Source: Candidatus Xenobium occultum (GTDB lineage Bacteria > Vulcanimicrobiota > Xenobia > Xenobiales > Xenobiaceae). Taken from it: 64,000 nt of DNA. Both the position numbers and the translations under genes were made by a program. The DNA lies in the NCBI GenBank assembly GCA_002423485.1, contig DIWH01000081.1, positions 11,612 to 75,611 on the forward strand. The letters run 5' to 3'. Numbering within the stretch: position 1 is the first letter of the stretch; the number at the start of each line of letters is the position of its first letter. The notes under the pieces were generated by a model that was not told where the DNA came from, did not search any database, and was given only the letters and a program-made list of their open reading frames with translations. This document shows positions 56,058 through 64,000 of the stretch, piece by piece.

Positions 56058-56909
56058 TCAGGACTTCTTCTGGGCGCTGAGCAGTTGTTCGGGTGGTGTG
56101 GGGCGCACCACCCGGGCGGGCACCCCGTAGGCCACCTTCATGGCCGGAACGGCCCGGGTCACCACCGACCCGGCTCCCACGACGGCCTCCTCGCCGACCT
56201 CGACGCCGGGAAGCAGCACCGCGCCTCCTCCGATCCGGCACCCCGAGCGCAGCACGCATCCTTTGCGGTGCTTGAAGCGCTCTTCGGTGCGGGCCAGGTA
56301 GTTGTCGTTGGTGGTGGCCACCGCCGGGGCCACGAAGATGTGGTCCTCCAGGGTGGACAGGGCCGTGATGTAGACCTCGGCCTGAAGTTTGGTGGATTCG
56401 CCGATGGTCACGTCGTTCTCGACGGTGGCCCCGCGGCCCACGATCACGCGCCGGTCCAATCGGCAGCGCTCGCGGATCGAGGCCAGGTCGGCGACGAAGA
56501 CCTCTTCGGCCAGGACCGTCCCGGCGTAGATCACCGACAGGGCCCCCACTGTGCACCCGGGCCCCATCGTCAGGGGAGGCAGTTCACCGGCGGCCTTCAG
56601 CGTGCTGGTGGAAGCCGTGGTGGGCAGTTTGCCGAGGATCGTGTGGTCTCCCACCAGGCTTCGGGCGCCCACCCGGGTGCGGGGGTGGATCACCACGTGG
56701 GAACCCAACCGGACTCCGTCCTCCAGGACGGCCCCCTCGCCGATCACCACATGGGAGCCGATCTCAACTTCGGCGCCCAACCGGACGCCGCGATGAAGAT
56801 GACAGAAGGGGCCGAGGCGGCAGCCCGGCTCGATCCGGACGTCGGCCTCCACCACCGTGAAGGCGGGAAGTTCAAGGTCTGCAGGCAGTTGTGCTGAGGC
56901 GTCGATCAA
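56058..56909 (-). CDS. Left-handed beta-helix (hexapeptide) sugar N-acetyltransferase (WbpD/WlbB-like)
   Basis: Multiple hexapeptide repeats (IGEGAVLEDGVRLGSHVVIHP...). Confidence 0.8.
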   Translation of the reverse strand: MIDASAQLPADLELPAFTVVEADVRIEPGCRLGPFCHLHRGVRLGAEVEIGSHVVIGEGAVLEDGVRLGSHVVIHPRTRVGARSLVGDHTILGKLPTTASTSTLKAAGELPPLTMGPGCTVGALSVIYAGTVLAEEVFVADLASIRERCRLDRRVIVGRGATVENDVTIGESTKLQAEVYITALSTLEDHIFVAPAVATTNDNYLARTEERFKHRKGCVLRSGCRIGGGAVLLPGVEVGEEAVVGAGSVVTRAVPAMKVAYGVPARVVRPTPPEQLLSAQKKS

Positions 56910-57906
56910 GGTTGTTCTCCTCCAGGACCTTCCAGGTTCCCCCGTCGTGCAGTGACTTCGTCGCGGCCTCCAGGACCTGCACCACCTGGTGGCCCAGGGT
57001 GCCCCCGCTGCGGGGGCGCTTGCCCGCGCGCACGCAGTGCAGGAAGTGGCGGCATTCCCGAGCCAGGGGCTGCTCGGAGGCCAGTTGTGGAAAGCGGTCG
57101 GTTCCCGAGACCATGAGACCCTTCACCGGGTCGAAGCGCCGGTCGGTGACTCGCAGGCGGTTGTGGGGATTCAACTCGTCCACCACGGCCATGCCTTTGC
57201 GCCCCACCACCGTCAACCGGCGCTCCATGCCGGGATCCAGCCATGAGAACTGCGCCGCGGCGATCCGGTTCCCGGGAAAACGCAGTTCCAGGAAGACCAG
57301 GTCCTCGATGCCCGGCTGAAGCCAGGCCTGCCCGAAGCAGTGCACCTCGGTGGGCATCTCGCCCAGCAGGAACAGGAAGACGGCCACGTCGTGCGGGGCC
57401 AGGCTCCACAGCACGTTCTCGTGCTTGCGCACCCGGCCCAGATTCACCCGGCGGGCCTGCAGGTAGAGGATCTCGCCCAGGGTGCGGGCCTTCAGGACGG
57501 CCTTGAGCTCTTCGATGGCCGGCATGAACAGGGGGAGATGGCCCACCATCAGCGTCCGCCCCCGACGCCGGGACAACTCGACCAGGTGCTGGGACTCCTC
57601 GCTGGACAGGGCCATGGGTTTTTCCAGGAAGACCGGGAAGCCGGCCTCCAGGGCGCGGCGGGCCAACGGGTAGTGGGTCACCGCCGGGGTGGCGATGGCC
57701 ACGGCTTCGAAGGCGCCCTCGGCCAGGGCCTGGTCCAGCGACTCCCAGACGGGGACCTCGGGATAGGTGCCCCGCGCCTCGGCCAGCAGGTTGGGATTGA
57801 TCTCGCAGATCCCGCTCAGGGCTTCGAGGTCGTGGAAGTTGCGGATCAGGTTGCGGCCCCAGTCCCCGGCTCCCAGGACCAGGACTCCTGCACCGGGCTG
57901 TTTCAT
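56872..57906 (-). CDS. Gfo/Idh/MocA family oxidoreductase (WbpB/WlbA-like UDP-GlcNAcA 3-dehydrogenase)
   Basis: Rossmann GAGDWG and EKPMALS motifs. Start ATG 57906 in ATGA overlap with the upstream gene. Confidence 0.8.
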   Translation of the reverse strand: MKQPGAGVLVLGAGDWGRNLIRNFHDLEALSGICEINPNLLAEARGTYPEVPVWESLDQALAEGAFEAVAIATPAVTHYPLARRALEAGFPVFLEKPMALSSEESQHLVELSRRRGRTLMVGHLPLFMPAIEELKAVLKARTLGEILYLQARRVNLGRVRKHENVLWSLAPHDVAVFLFLLGEMPTEVHCFGQAWLQPGIEDLVFLELRFPGNRIAAAQFSWLDPGMERRLTVVGRKGMAVVDELNPHNRLRVTDRRFDPVKGLMVSGTDRFPQLASEQPLARECRHFLHCVRAGKRPRSGGTLGHQVVQVLEAATKSLHDGGTWKVLEENNLDRRLSTTACRP

Positions 57907-59258
57907 CGCGCCTTCCCATCCTGGTTCGGAGCGCCCAGTCGGGTGATTCCCTTGAGGCTCTCCAGGCCCCGGGTGACGCCGCGGGTGTCCACCAGGCGTC
58001 GGCTGCGCGCGGCGATCTCCGCCAGATCGTAGGTCGAGTGGTCGGTGGCCAGGACCACGCAGTCGTAGTCCTCCAGGTTCGCGAGGTCGACCGATTGCAT
58101 CTCGGTGCCCGAATGGCAGCGGAAGGTCGGGATCAAGGGGTCGTGGTAGTCCACCCGGGCACCCCGGTTCCGGAGAATTTCCAGGACCCGCAGGGAGGGC
58201 GACTCGCGAGGGTCGGCCACGTCCTTCTTGTAGGCCACCCCCAGCACCAGCACCCGGGCCCCCTTCAGGCCCTTCTCGCCCAGGGCCTCGACCACCAGGC
58301 TGACCACGTGGTAGGGCATGCGGGTGTTGATCTCCCCGGCCAGTTCGATGAACCGGGTCTGGTGGTCGAACTCGCGGGCCTTCCAGGTCAGGTAGAAGGG
58401 GTCCAGGGGGATGCAGTGCCCGCCGATCCCGGGGCCGGGATGGAAGGGCATGAAACCGTAGGGTTTGGTGGAGGCCAGCTCGATGATCTCCCAGACATCC
58501 AGGCCCATCTCGCGGCACAGGATGGCCAGCTCGTTGACCAGGGCGATGTTCACGCTGCGGAAGATGTTCTCGAAGAGCTTCTCCATCTCGGCGGCCCGGG
58601 TGGAGGTGGCCCGCTTGACCAGGTCGGGACGGTCCAGCATGCGCGAGTAGAGCAGAGCCGTCAGATCCCCGCAGGTGGGGGTCAGCCCGCCCACCACCTT
58701 GATGGTGTTGTAGGTATTGTAGTTCGGGTTCCCGGGGTCCACCCGTTCGGGCGAGAAGGCCAGGAAGTAGTCCTCGCCGGCCTGCCGGACCCGTCCTGCG
58801 GCTTCCAGGGCGGGGCGGACCACCTCCTCGGTGGTTCCCGGGTAGGTGGTGCTCTCCAGGACCACCAGGGTGCCCGGGCGGATATGCTGACCGATGCGCT
58901 GGCTGACGTCCTGGACGTAGCTGATGTCCGGCTCGCGGTTCCGGGTCAGGGGCGTGGGCACGCAGATGATGATGGCGTCGCAGGTCTCCAGGACCGAGAA
59001 GTCCCGACCGGCGTGCAGGCGCTCGGCTACCAGGGGCTTGAGTTCGTCATGGTGGCCGTCGATATAGTCGAAGCCTTCCGACAGCAGGCGAACCTTTTCG
59101 GCGTTGTCCTCCAGCCCTTCCACGGCGAATCCCCGACGGGCGAAGCCCATCGCCAGGGGAAGCCCCACGTATCCCAGGCCGATCACGGCCACCCGGGCGG
59201 TCCCCTCCTGGATCTTGCGCCGCAGGGCCCCCGCCAGGTTCTGCTCCAGGTCAATCAT
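57903..59258 (-). CDS. UDP-N-acetyl-D-glucosamine 6-dehydrogenase (WbpA/WecC family)
   Basis: VAVIGLGYVGLP NAD motif and catalytic Cys context GGHCIPLDP. Confidence 0.85.
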   Translation of the reverse strand: MIDLEQNLAGALRRKIQEGTARVAVIGLGYVGLPLAMGFARRGFAVEGLEDNAEKVRLLSEGFDYIDGHHDELKPLVAERLHAGRDFSVLETCDAIIICVPTPLTRNREPDISYVQDVSQRIGQHIRPGTLVVLESTTYPGTTEEVVRPALEAAGRVRQAGEDYFLAFSPERVDPGNPNYNTYNTIKVVGGLTPTCGDLTALLYSRMLDRPDLVKRATSTRAAEMEKLFENIFRSVNIALVNELAILCREMGLDVWEIIELASTKPYGFMPFHPGPGIGGHCIPLDPFYLTWKAREFDHQTRFIELAGEINTRMPYHVVSLVVEALGEKGLKGARVLVLGVAYKKDVADPRESPSLRVLEILRNRGARVDYHDPLIPTFRCHSGTEMQSVDLANLEDYDCVVLATDHSTYDLAEIAARSRRLVDTRGVTRGLESLKGITRLGAPNQDGKAR

Positions 59259-60303
59259 GTCGATACCCCTCTAGCACTTCCGCAATTCGCTCCGCAGCGT
59301 GCCCATCCCCGTACAGGGGCGGCCGGTCCTGAGGAGGCCTGAAGCCGTCAAGCCCCTCCAGGACCCGTTGCGGGTCCAGGCCGACCAGGCGATTCCAGCC
59401 GACCTGCACCGTCTCCACCCACTCGGTCTCTTCGCGCAGGGTCAGGCAGGGAGTGCCCAGGAAGTAGGCCTCCTTCTGCAGTCCCCCGCTATCGGTCAGG
59501 ACCAGCCGGGCATGTCGGGCCAGACCGAGCATGTCCTGGTGTCCCACCGGATCCATCAGACGGAGCGCACCATTTGTCAGACGGTCTTCCCACCCCTGCT
59601 GCCGGATCATCTTTCGGGTCCGAGGATGGCAGGGGAAGAGGATCGGTTCCCGGTGGGCCGCCAGGGCCTGAAGGAGTGGTTCCAGGCGGTCCCACGAGCG
59701 GGTGCTCTCCTCTCGATGCAGGGTCATCACCAGGTAGGGCTCCTGGGGCCTGGGGAAGGTGCTGCCGCGCTCCAGGGCCGCCCGGGTGGCGTCCAGCATC
59801 AAGTCCCCGACCTGGTGGACGCCTCGGGTGATCCCCTCGCGGGCCAGATGCTCGACGGCCACCTGACTGGGGGCGAAGAGCAGCGTCGAGAGGCGGTCGG
59901 TCAGGACCCGGTTGATCTCCTCGGGCATCGGCGCGAAGCTGCGCAGTCCGGCCTCGACGTGGGCTACGGGCAGGTGCAGTTTGGCGGCGGCCAGGGCGGC
60001 GGCCAGGGTGGAGTTGGTGTCCCCGAAGACCACGACCATCTCGGGAGGCTCGGCCAGCAGGACCTCTTCGATCTTCTCCAGCATCCGGCCGGTCATGGCC
60101 CCGTGGCTGGCGCTGCCCACGCCCAGGTGGTGGTCCGGGGCCGGCAACCGCAGCTCCTGGAAGAAGACCTCCGACATCTCCTGGTCGTAGTGCTGGCCGG
60201 TGTGGATCACGCGGGGCTGGCAGAAGCGCGGCAGCAGACGGGCCAACGGGGCCAGCTTCACGAACTGGGGTCGGGCTCCGACCACCAGCGTCAGGCGTCT
60301 CAT
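59251..60303 (-). CDS. UDP-N-acetylglucosamine 2-epimerase, non-hydrolysing (WecB/WbpI family)
   Basis: GARPQFVKLAP, HTGQHYD, DSGGLQKEA motifs. Confidence 0.85.
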   Translation of the reverse strand: MRRLTLVVGARPQFVKLAPLARLLPRFCQPRVIHTGQHYDQEMSEVFFQELRLPAPDHHLGVGSASHGAMTGRMLEKIEEVLLAEPPEMVVVFGDTNSTLAAALAAAKLHLPVAHVEAGLRSFAPMPEEINRVLTDRLSTLLFAPSQVAVEHLAREGITRGVHQVGDLMLDATRAALERGSTFPRPQEPYLVMTLHREESTRSWDRLEPLLQALAAHREPILFPCHPRTRKMIRQQGWEDRLTNGALRLMDPVGHQDMLGLARHARLVLTDSGGLQKEAYFLGTPCLTLREETEWVETVQVGWNRLVGLDPQRVLEGLDGFRPPQDRPPLYGDGHAAERIAEVLEGYRHD

Positions 60304-62096
60304 TCCGGAACCTCGGTTTCCGCTGACGTTCGCAGGGGCTCGCGCAACTGGGCTTCATAGAGCCGGCTGTAGATGCCGTGCCGGGCCATCAACTGATCGT
60401 GCCGACCCTCTTCGACGATCTGCCCGGCGTCCAGGACCAGGATCCGGTCGGCGTGGCGGATGGTGTTCAGCCGGTGGGCGATCACCAGACATGTCCGCCC
60501 CTCCATGGCCCGGGCGATGGCGTCGGCGATCAGGTTCTCGGATTCGGCGTCGATCCCCGAGGTGTACTCATCGAGGATCAGGATCCGGGGGTCCCGCAGC
60601 AGGGCCCGGGCGATGGCGATGCGCTGGCGCTGACCGCCCGAGAGGCGCAATCCCCTTTCGCCCACCTCGGTCTGGTAGCCGTCCGGCATCCGCACGATGA
60701 ACTCGTGGGCGTTGGCCAGCTTCGAGGCGCGCAGCACCTCCTCATCGGTGGCCGTGGGGCTGCCGCAGCGGATGTTGTCATCGATGGTACCCCCGAAGAG
60801 GACCGATTCCTGGATCACGGTGCCGATCTGGGTCCGCAGCGAGCGCAGCTTGACCTGCTTGAGGTCGTGCCCGTCCACCTTGACCGAGCCGGAGACCGGG
60901 TCGTAGAAGCGCGGGACCATGTTGACCAGCGTGGTCTTGCCCGCGCCGTTGGCCCCGACCACGGCCACCACCTCACCCGGCCGGATCGACAGGTTGATTC
61001 CCCTCAAGACCGGCTTTTCGGGGTCGTAGTGGAAGTGCACGGACTCGAAGTCGATGGCTCCCTGCAGGCGGGGCAGTTCCAGGGCTCCCTCGGGTTCGGC
61101 CACCTCGGGAGTCATGTCCATCAGCTCGAAGACCCGGCGCCCGGCGGCCGCTGCGCTGTTGGCGGTTCCGTAGAAGCCCGACAGGGCGCTGATGGGGTGG
61201 GAGGTCATCACCATCAGGGTCCAATACTCGGTCATCTGGGCGAAGGTCACCTGGCCCTGCATGACGCGCGTGGCCCCGAACCACACGATGGCCACGATGC
61301 CGAAAGCCCCCAGCAGCTCGACCACCGGGGACTGGATGGCCGAGACCTGCACCAGCTTCATCTGGGCGGCGAAGTTGTCCTCATTGCGGCAGGCGAAGCG
61401 GCGGACCTCAAAGTCCTCGCGGGTGTAGGCCTTCACCACCTTGATGGTGGAGATGTTCTCATACAGCAGGGCCGACAGGTCCGCCAGGCGGGCCTGGAGC
61501 TTCTCGGAGCGCTGGCCCATCCGCCGGCCGAAGTTGGCCACGGCCGTGCCCACCAGGGGGCTGATCAGCAAGACCACCAGGGTCATCTGCCAGTCGCGGT
61601 AGAACATCCAGCTCAGGCAGGCCACCACCACCAGCAGGTTCTTGACGAAGTCCGAGAGGGCCATGTAGACGCTGGTGGACAGCAGGATGTCGTTGGAGGC
61701 CCGCGAGTGGATCTCGCCCAGGCGCATCCGGTCGAAGAAGGCCATCGGCAGGCGCTGCAGGTGGGTGAAGACCTGGTCGCGGAAGTCCCGGACCGCCTGC
61801 TGGCCGCCCAGATCGATGGTGTAGCGCTGGAAGTAGGTCGAGGCCCCCATCACCGCCATCACGGCCAGGAAGGCCAGGCAGATCAGGTTCAGGCGCATGA
61901 AGGGGTCCTGGCCGTCCGAGTAGTTGAAGGACTCCTGGGACATCATGCCCATGATCAGGCCCACGAACTTGGCTTGGGACAGGCGCGCGGCGGTCACGAC
62001 GACGGTCAGCAGCAGGGCCCCCAGGACGATCTTCCAGTAGGGCCGGATGTAGCTCAAGAGGCGCCAGAGCACCTGCGCAAGCTGTCGAATCGACAA
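60300..62096 (-). CDS. ABC exporter, fused permease-ATPase (MsbA/lipid-flippase type)
   Basis: Six-TM ABC_membrane domain then Walker A GANGAGKTT, signature LSGGQRQR, Walker B ILILDEYTSGID. TTG start 62096 with GGAGG RBS. The 878-aa ORF is over-extended. Confidence 0.8.
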   Translation of the reverse strand: MSIRQLAQVLWRLLSYIRPYWKIVLGALLLTVVVTAARLSQAKFVGLIMGMMSQESFNYSDGQDPFMRLNLICLAFLAVMAVMGASTYFQRYTIDLGGQQAVRDFRDQVFTHLQRLPMAFFDRMRLGEIHSRASNDILLSTSVYMALSDFVKNLLVVVACLSWMFYRDWQMTLVVLLISPLVGTAVANFGRRMGQRSEKLQARLADLSALLYENISTIKVVKAYTREDFEVRRFACRNEDNFAAQMKLVQVSAIQSPVVELLGAFGIVAIVWFGATRVMQGQVTFAQMTEYWTLMVMTSHPISALSGFYGTANSAAAAGRRVFELMDMTPEVAEPEGALELPRLQGAIDFESVHFHYDPEKPVLRGINLSIRPGEVVAVVGANGAGKTTLVNMVPRFYDPVSGSVKVDGHDLKQVKLRSLRTQIGTVIQESVLFGGTIDDNIRCGSPTATDEEVLRASKLANAHEFIVRMPDGYQTEVGERGLRLSGGQRQRIAIARALLRDPRILILDEYTSGIDAESENLIADAIARAMEGRTCLVIAHRLNTIRHADRILVLDAGQIVEEGRHDQLMARHGIYSRLYEAQLREPLRTSAETEVPE

Positions 62097-62164
62097 GGCG
62101 TGACCTCCATCCTGGCCGTGGGCCCGAACTTCGAAACTCAAGTTTAGGGGGTTGAACCGCTTTG

Positions 62165-64000
62165 TCAAGGAGAGCCGAGGACAGGGGGCCGGGGGCTCGG
62201 GTCGGCGGGGGGCGGTCGCAGGCGGAAGAGCTCGGCCCCGAGACCCGGTTCGAAGAGCCAGGTTCCCAGCGGCTCGGCCTGAAGGTCGGGGCCCCCCGGG
62301 AACGCCTTGCGCCACGCGATCAGGGCCGCGGCGGGCCCCCGGGCGTTCACCTTCCGGCTCACCACCAGGAAGGCCGGCAGGGAGTCGCCGATTTCCGACG
62401 TGGGGATCCTCCAGCTCTGCAGTTCGCCCTGGTCCAGGGGGATGCGGGCCGGGATGCCTCGATAGTTCGCGAAGACCTTGAACCATGAGGGGTGGACCAC
62501 ATCGCCTTCGGCGCTCAGGACCCAGAGCAGGAACTCGCCTTGAGCCCGGGCGTGGGCGCACTCCAGAATCGGAGCCATCACCGGGGGCTGCAGGTGGGGA
62601 AGCTCGGCCAGCAATGGCAGGGGGCGGTTGGGAGCGTGGCTCACCGGAGCGATGCCGGCTCCGACGTAGTGTCGGAGGGGGGGCACGGGGCGCAGCGGCG
62701 CCGGGAGAGCCCAGCCCAGGACCGTGAAGACCCCCCACAGTCCCAACAAGACCGCCACAGCCCAGCGCGCCGGGCGGTTTGGAGAGGCCCATCCCGTGGC
62801 CAACAGGGCGGCGAAGCCCAGCACGTTGGCCAGGTAGATCTCGAACTTCCCCGAGACGGCGTTGATCAGGACGAAGGTCCAGACGAGCATTCCCAGGATG
62901 AAGCCCCGTCCCGGGTCGCGGTCCTCCCGGCGCCATCCGGCCAGCGCCAGGCCCACCCCCAACAGGGCCAGGTGCAGCCCGTTAAAGGATCGGTCCGCCA
63001 TGACATGCAGATAGTAGAGTGGGTCGAACCAGATCGTCCCGTGCAGCGTCCCCTCCAGGGCCGTCCGGACCCGCTCGTCCAGCATGGCGGACAGGTCCCG
63101 GACGCACAGGTAGGGCAGCAGGGTCAGCATCAGGGCGGTGCCGGCCAGAAGGGCGTTGCCGGCCCGACCGCCGGGAGGCCGGGAGCGGTTGGTCCAGGCC
63201 GCCAGGACTGCCAAGGCCAGCAGGGAGCCCAAGGCCACCAGGGGGAACGAGTCGGACCTCCCCAGGGCCAACAGGGGGCCCCGCAGCGCCAGCCAGGCGA
63301 AGGGCGCCGACAACCCGGCCAAGGCCAGGCCGAGAAGGGCCAGGGCCTTCCCGGCGCGCGACAGCGACCAGCGCAGGGGAATCCGGGCGATGAGGAAGGC
63401 CACCGGCAGGATCCACTGGGCCACGAACTCAGGCTTGGTCATGGCCCCCAGGGCCAGGGTCACGCCGAACCAGAACGAGGCCCCCCGCCGGCGCAGGAAG
63501 TCGCTGGCCACCAGCAGCGCCGCGCACAGCAGGGACAAAGCGTGGCTGCCGACCTCCAGGGGATACTCTTTGGTGATGCTGGCGAAGAGCGGCAGGGTGA
63601 AGAGGTACAGGCAGGCCAGGAACCCCGCGCCCGGGCCATACAGGCGCCGCCCCAGGAAGAAGAGCGAGGCGGCGTAGACGGGCAGCCACAGGACCTGGGA
63701 GGCGTTGAGAAGCCCCAGGGCCGGCTGACGCAGGCTGAACAGGGCCGCGGCGGGCAGCAGGCCGACGGGGCCGTAGTGCGAGACCCTCAGCGCCCCGGCC
63801 AGATCCCCCGCGACCAGGTGCCTCCAGAAGTCCAGGGCGTCCCCGGCGTGAATCGGGAAGTCATAGCTGTAGCGGACCTGGCTGTGCGCCAGCCAGGACA
63901 GGTTGTTGAGTCCCAGGACCAGGACCAGCGCGACCGTGGCCGCGGGGGCCAGCCAGGAGGCCGGCGCGGATCCCGCGCGGGAACCGCCCCCCGGGCGCAG
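62165..64000 (-). CDS. Polytopic membrane glycosyltransferase, GT39/GT83 (PMT/ArnT)-like; 5' end beyond window
   Basis: Frame is open from the window edge to stop 62165 with more than 12 TM helices. Resembles dolichyl-phosphate-mannose / undecaprenyl-phosphate-sugar dependent transferases. Confidence 0.5.
   Translation of the reverse strand: MRPGGGSRAGSAPASWLAPAATVALVLVLGLNNLSWLAHSQVRYSYDFPIHAGDALDFWRHLVAGDLAGALRVSHYGPVGLLPAAALFSLRQPALGLLNASQVLWLPVYAASLFFLGRRLYGPGAGFLACLYLFTLPLFASITKEYPLEVGSHALSLLCAALLVASDFLRRRGASFWFGVTLALGAMTKPEFVAQWILPVAFLIARIPLRWSLSRAGKALALLGLALAGLSAPFAWLALRGPLLALGRSDSFPLVALGSLLALAVLAAWTNRSRPPGGRAGNALLAGTALMLTLLPYLCVRDLSAMLDERVRTALEGTLHGTIWFDPLYYLHVMADRSFNGLHLALLGVGLALAGWRREDRDPGRGFILGMLVWTFVLINAVSGKFEIYLANVLGFAALLATGWASPNRPARWAVAVLLGLWGVFTVLGWALPAPLRPVPPLRHYVGAGIAPVSHAPNRPLPLLAELPHLQPPVMAPILECAHARAQGEFLLWVLSAEGDVVHPSWFKVFANYRGIPARIPLDQGELQSWRIPTSEIGDSLPAFLVVSRKVNARGPAAALIAWRKAFPGGPDLQAEPLGTWLFEPGLGAELFRLRPPPADPSPRPPVLGSP

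Noticed and set aside
1-64000. tRNA/rRNA genes, transposases, integrases, prophage remnants
   Set aside because: No cloverleaf-compatible stretches, no rRNA-like conserved blocks, and no DDE or tyrosine-recombinase proteins were recognised in any frame.

Overview
This is a very GC-rich (about 68-70%) bacterial chromosomal segment. The high GC produces many long spurious ORFs in alternative frames, so I called genes by recognisable protein families, not by ORF length, and trimmed starts to RBS-supported or conserved N-termini.

Contents in order:
- dnaK 3' end, followed by a 35-bp tandem repeat that forms the terminator.
- A fused spermidine-synthase/MFS-like membrane protein, divergent from a P-type cation ATPase and an M48 peptidase.
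- A tandem-UspA gene, then split FO-synthase genes cofG and cofH, divergent from an MFS transporter and a small secreted protein, ribD and ribA. Together this is an F420/FO precursor module.
- A btuFCD-like ABC importer operon led by an unknown small acidic protein.
- A Dam-like N6-adenine methyltransferase translationally coupled to a 424-aa putative PD-(D/E)xK nuclease (type II restriction-modification candidate).
- An S8 peptidase.
- A disrupted UspA / CPA2-antiporter / EIIA locus with two frame breaks and a perfect 66-bp in-frame tandem duplication.
- A PilC-like platform protein with two tandem FHA-domain proteins.
- An amino-acid permease, a UPF0104 membrane protein, a GH3 beta-glucosidase and a FabH-like KAS III.
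- A type-IV-pilus-like operon: two prepilins, PilX-like, a membrane pseudokinase with an extracytoplasmic beta-propeller, PilB, and a PilH/PilI-like ABC-2 pair. It is divergent from pilT and a Crp/Fnr regulator.
- uspA, an orphan ftsA-like gene, and nrdR-punA-deoA.
- hisS with a roughly 275-aa Arg/Ser/Glu-rich C-terminal tail, coupled to an orphan BCCP.
- A surface-glycan locus: a complete UDP-ManNAc3NAcA pathway (WbpA/B/E/D/I-like), a heparinase II/III-like protein, a methyltransferase, an MsbA-like exporter and a GT39-like membrane glycosyltransferase that runs off the window.

No rRNA, tRNA, CRISPR array, transposase or integrase was recognised. Most interesting are the pilus operon with the embedded pseudokinase, the MTase-nuclease pair, the HisRS tail and the doubly disrupted antiporter.
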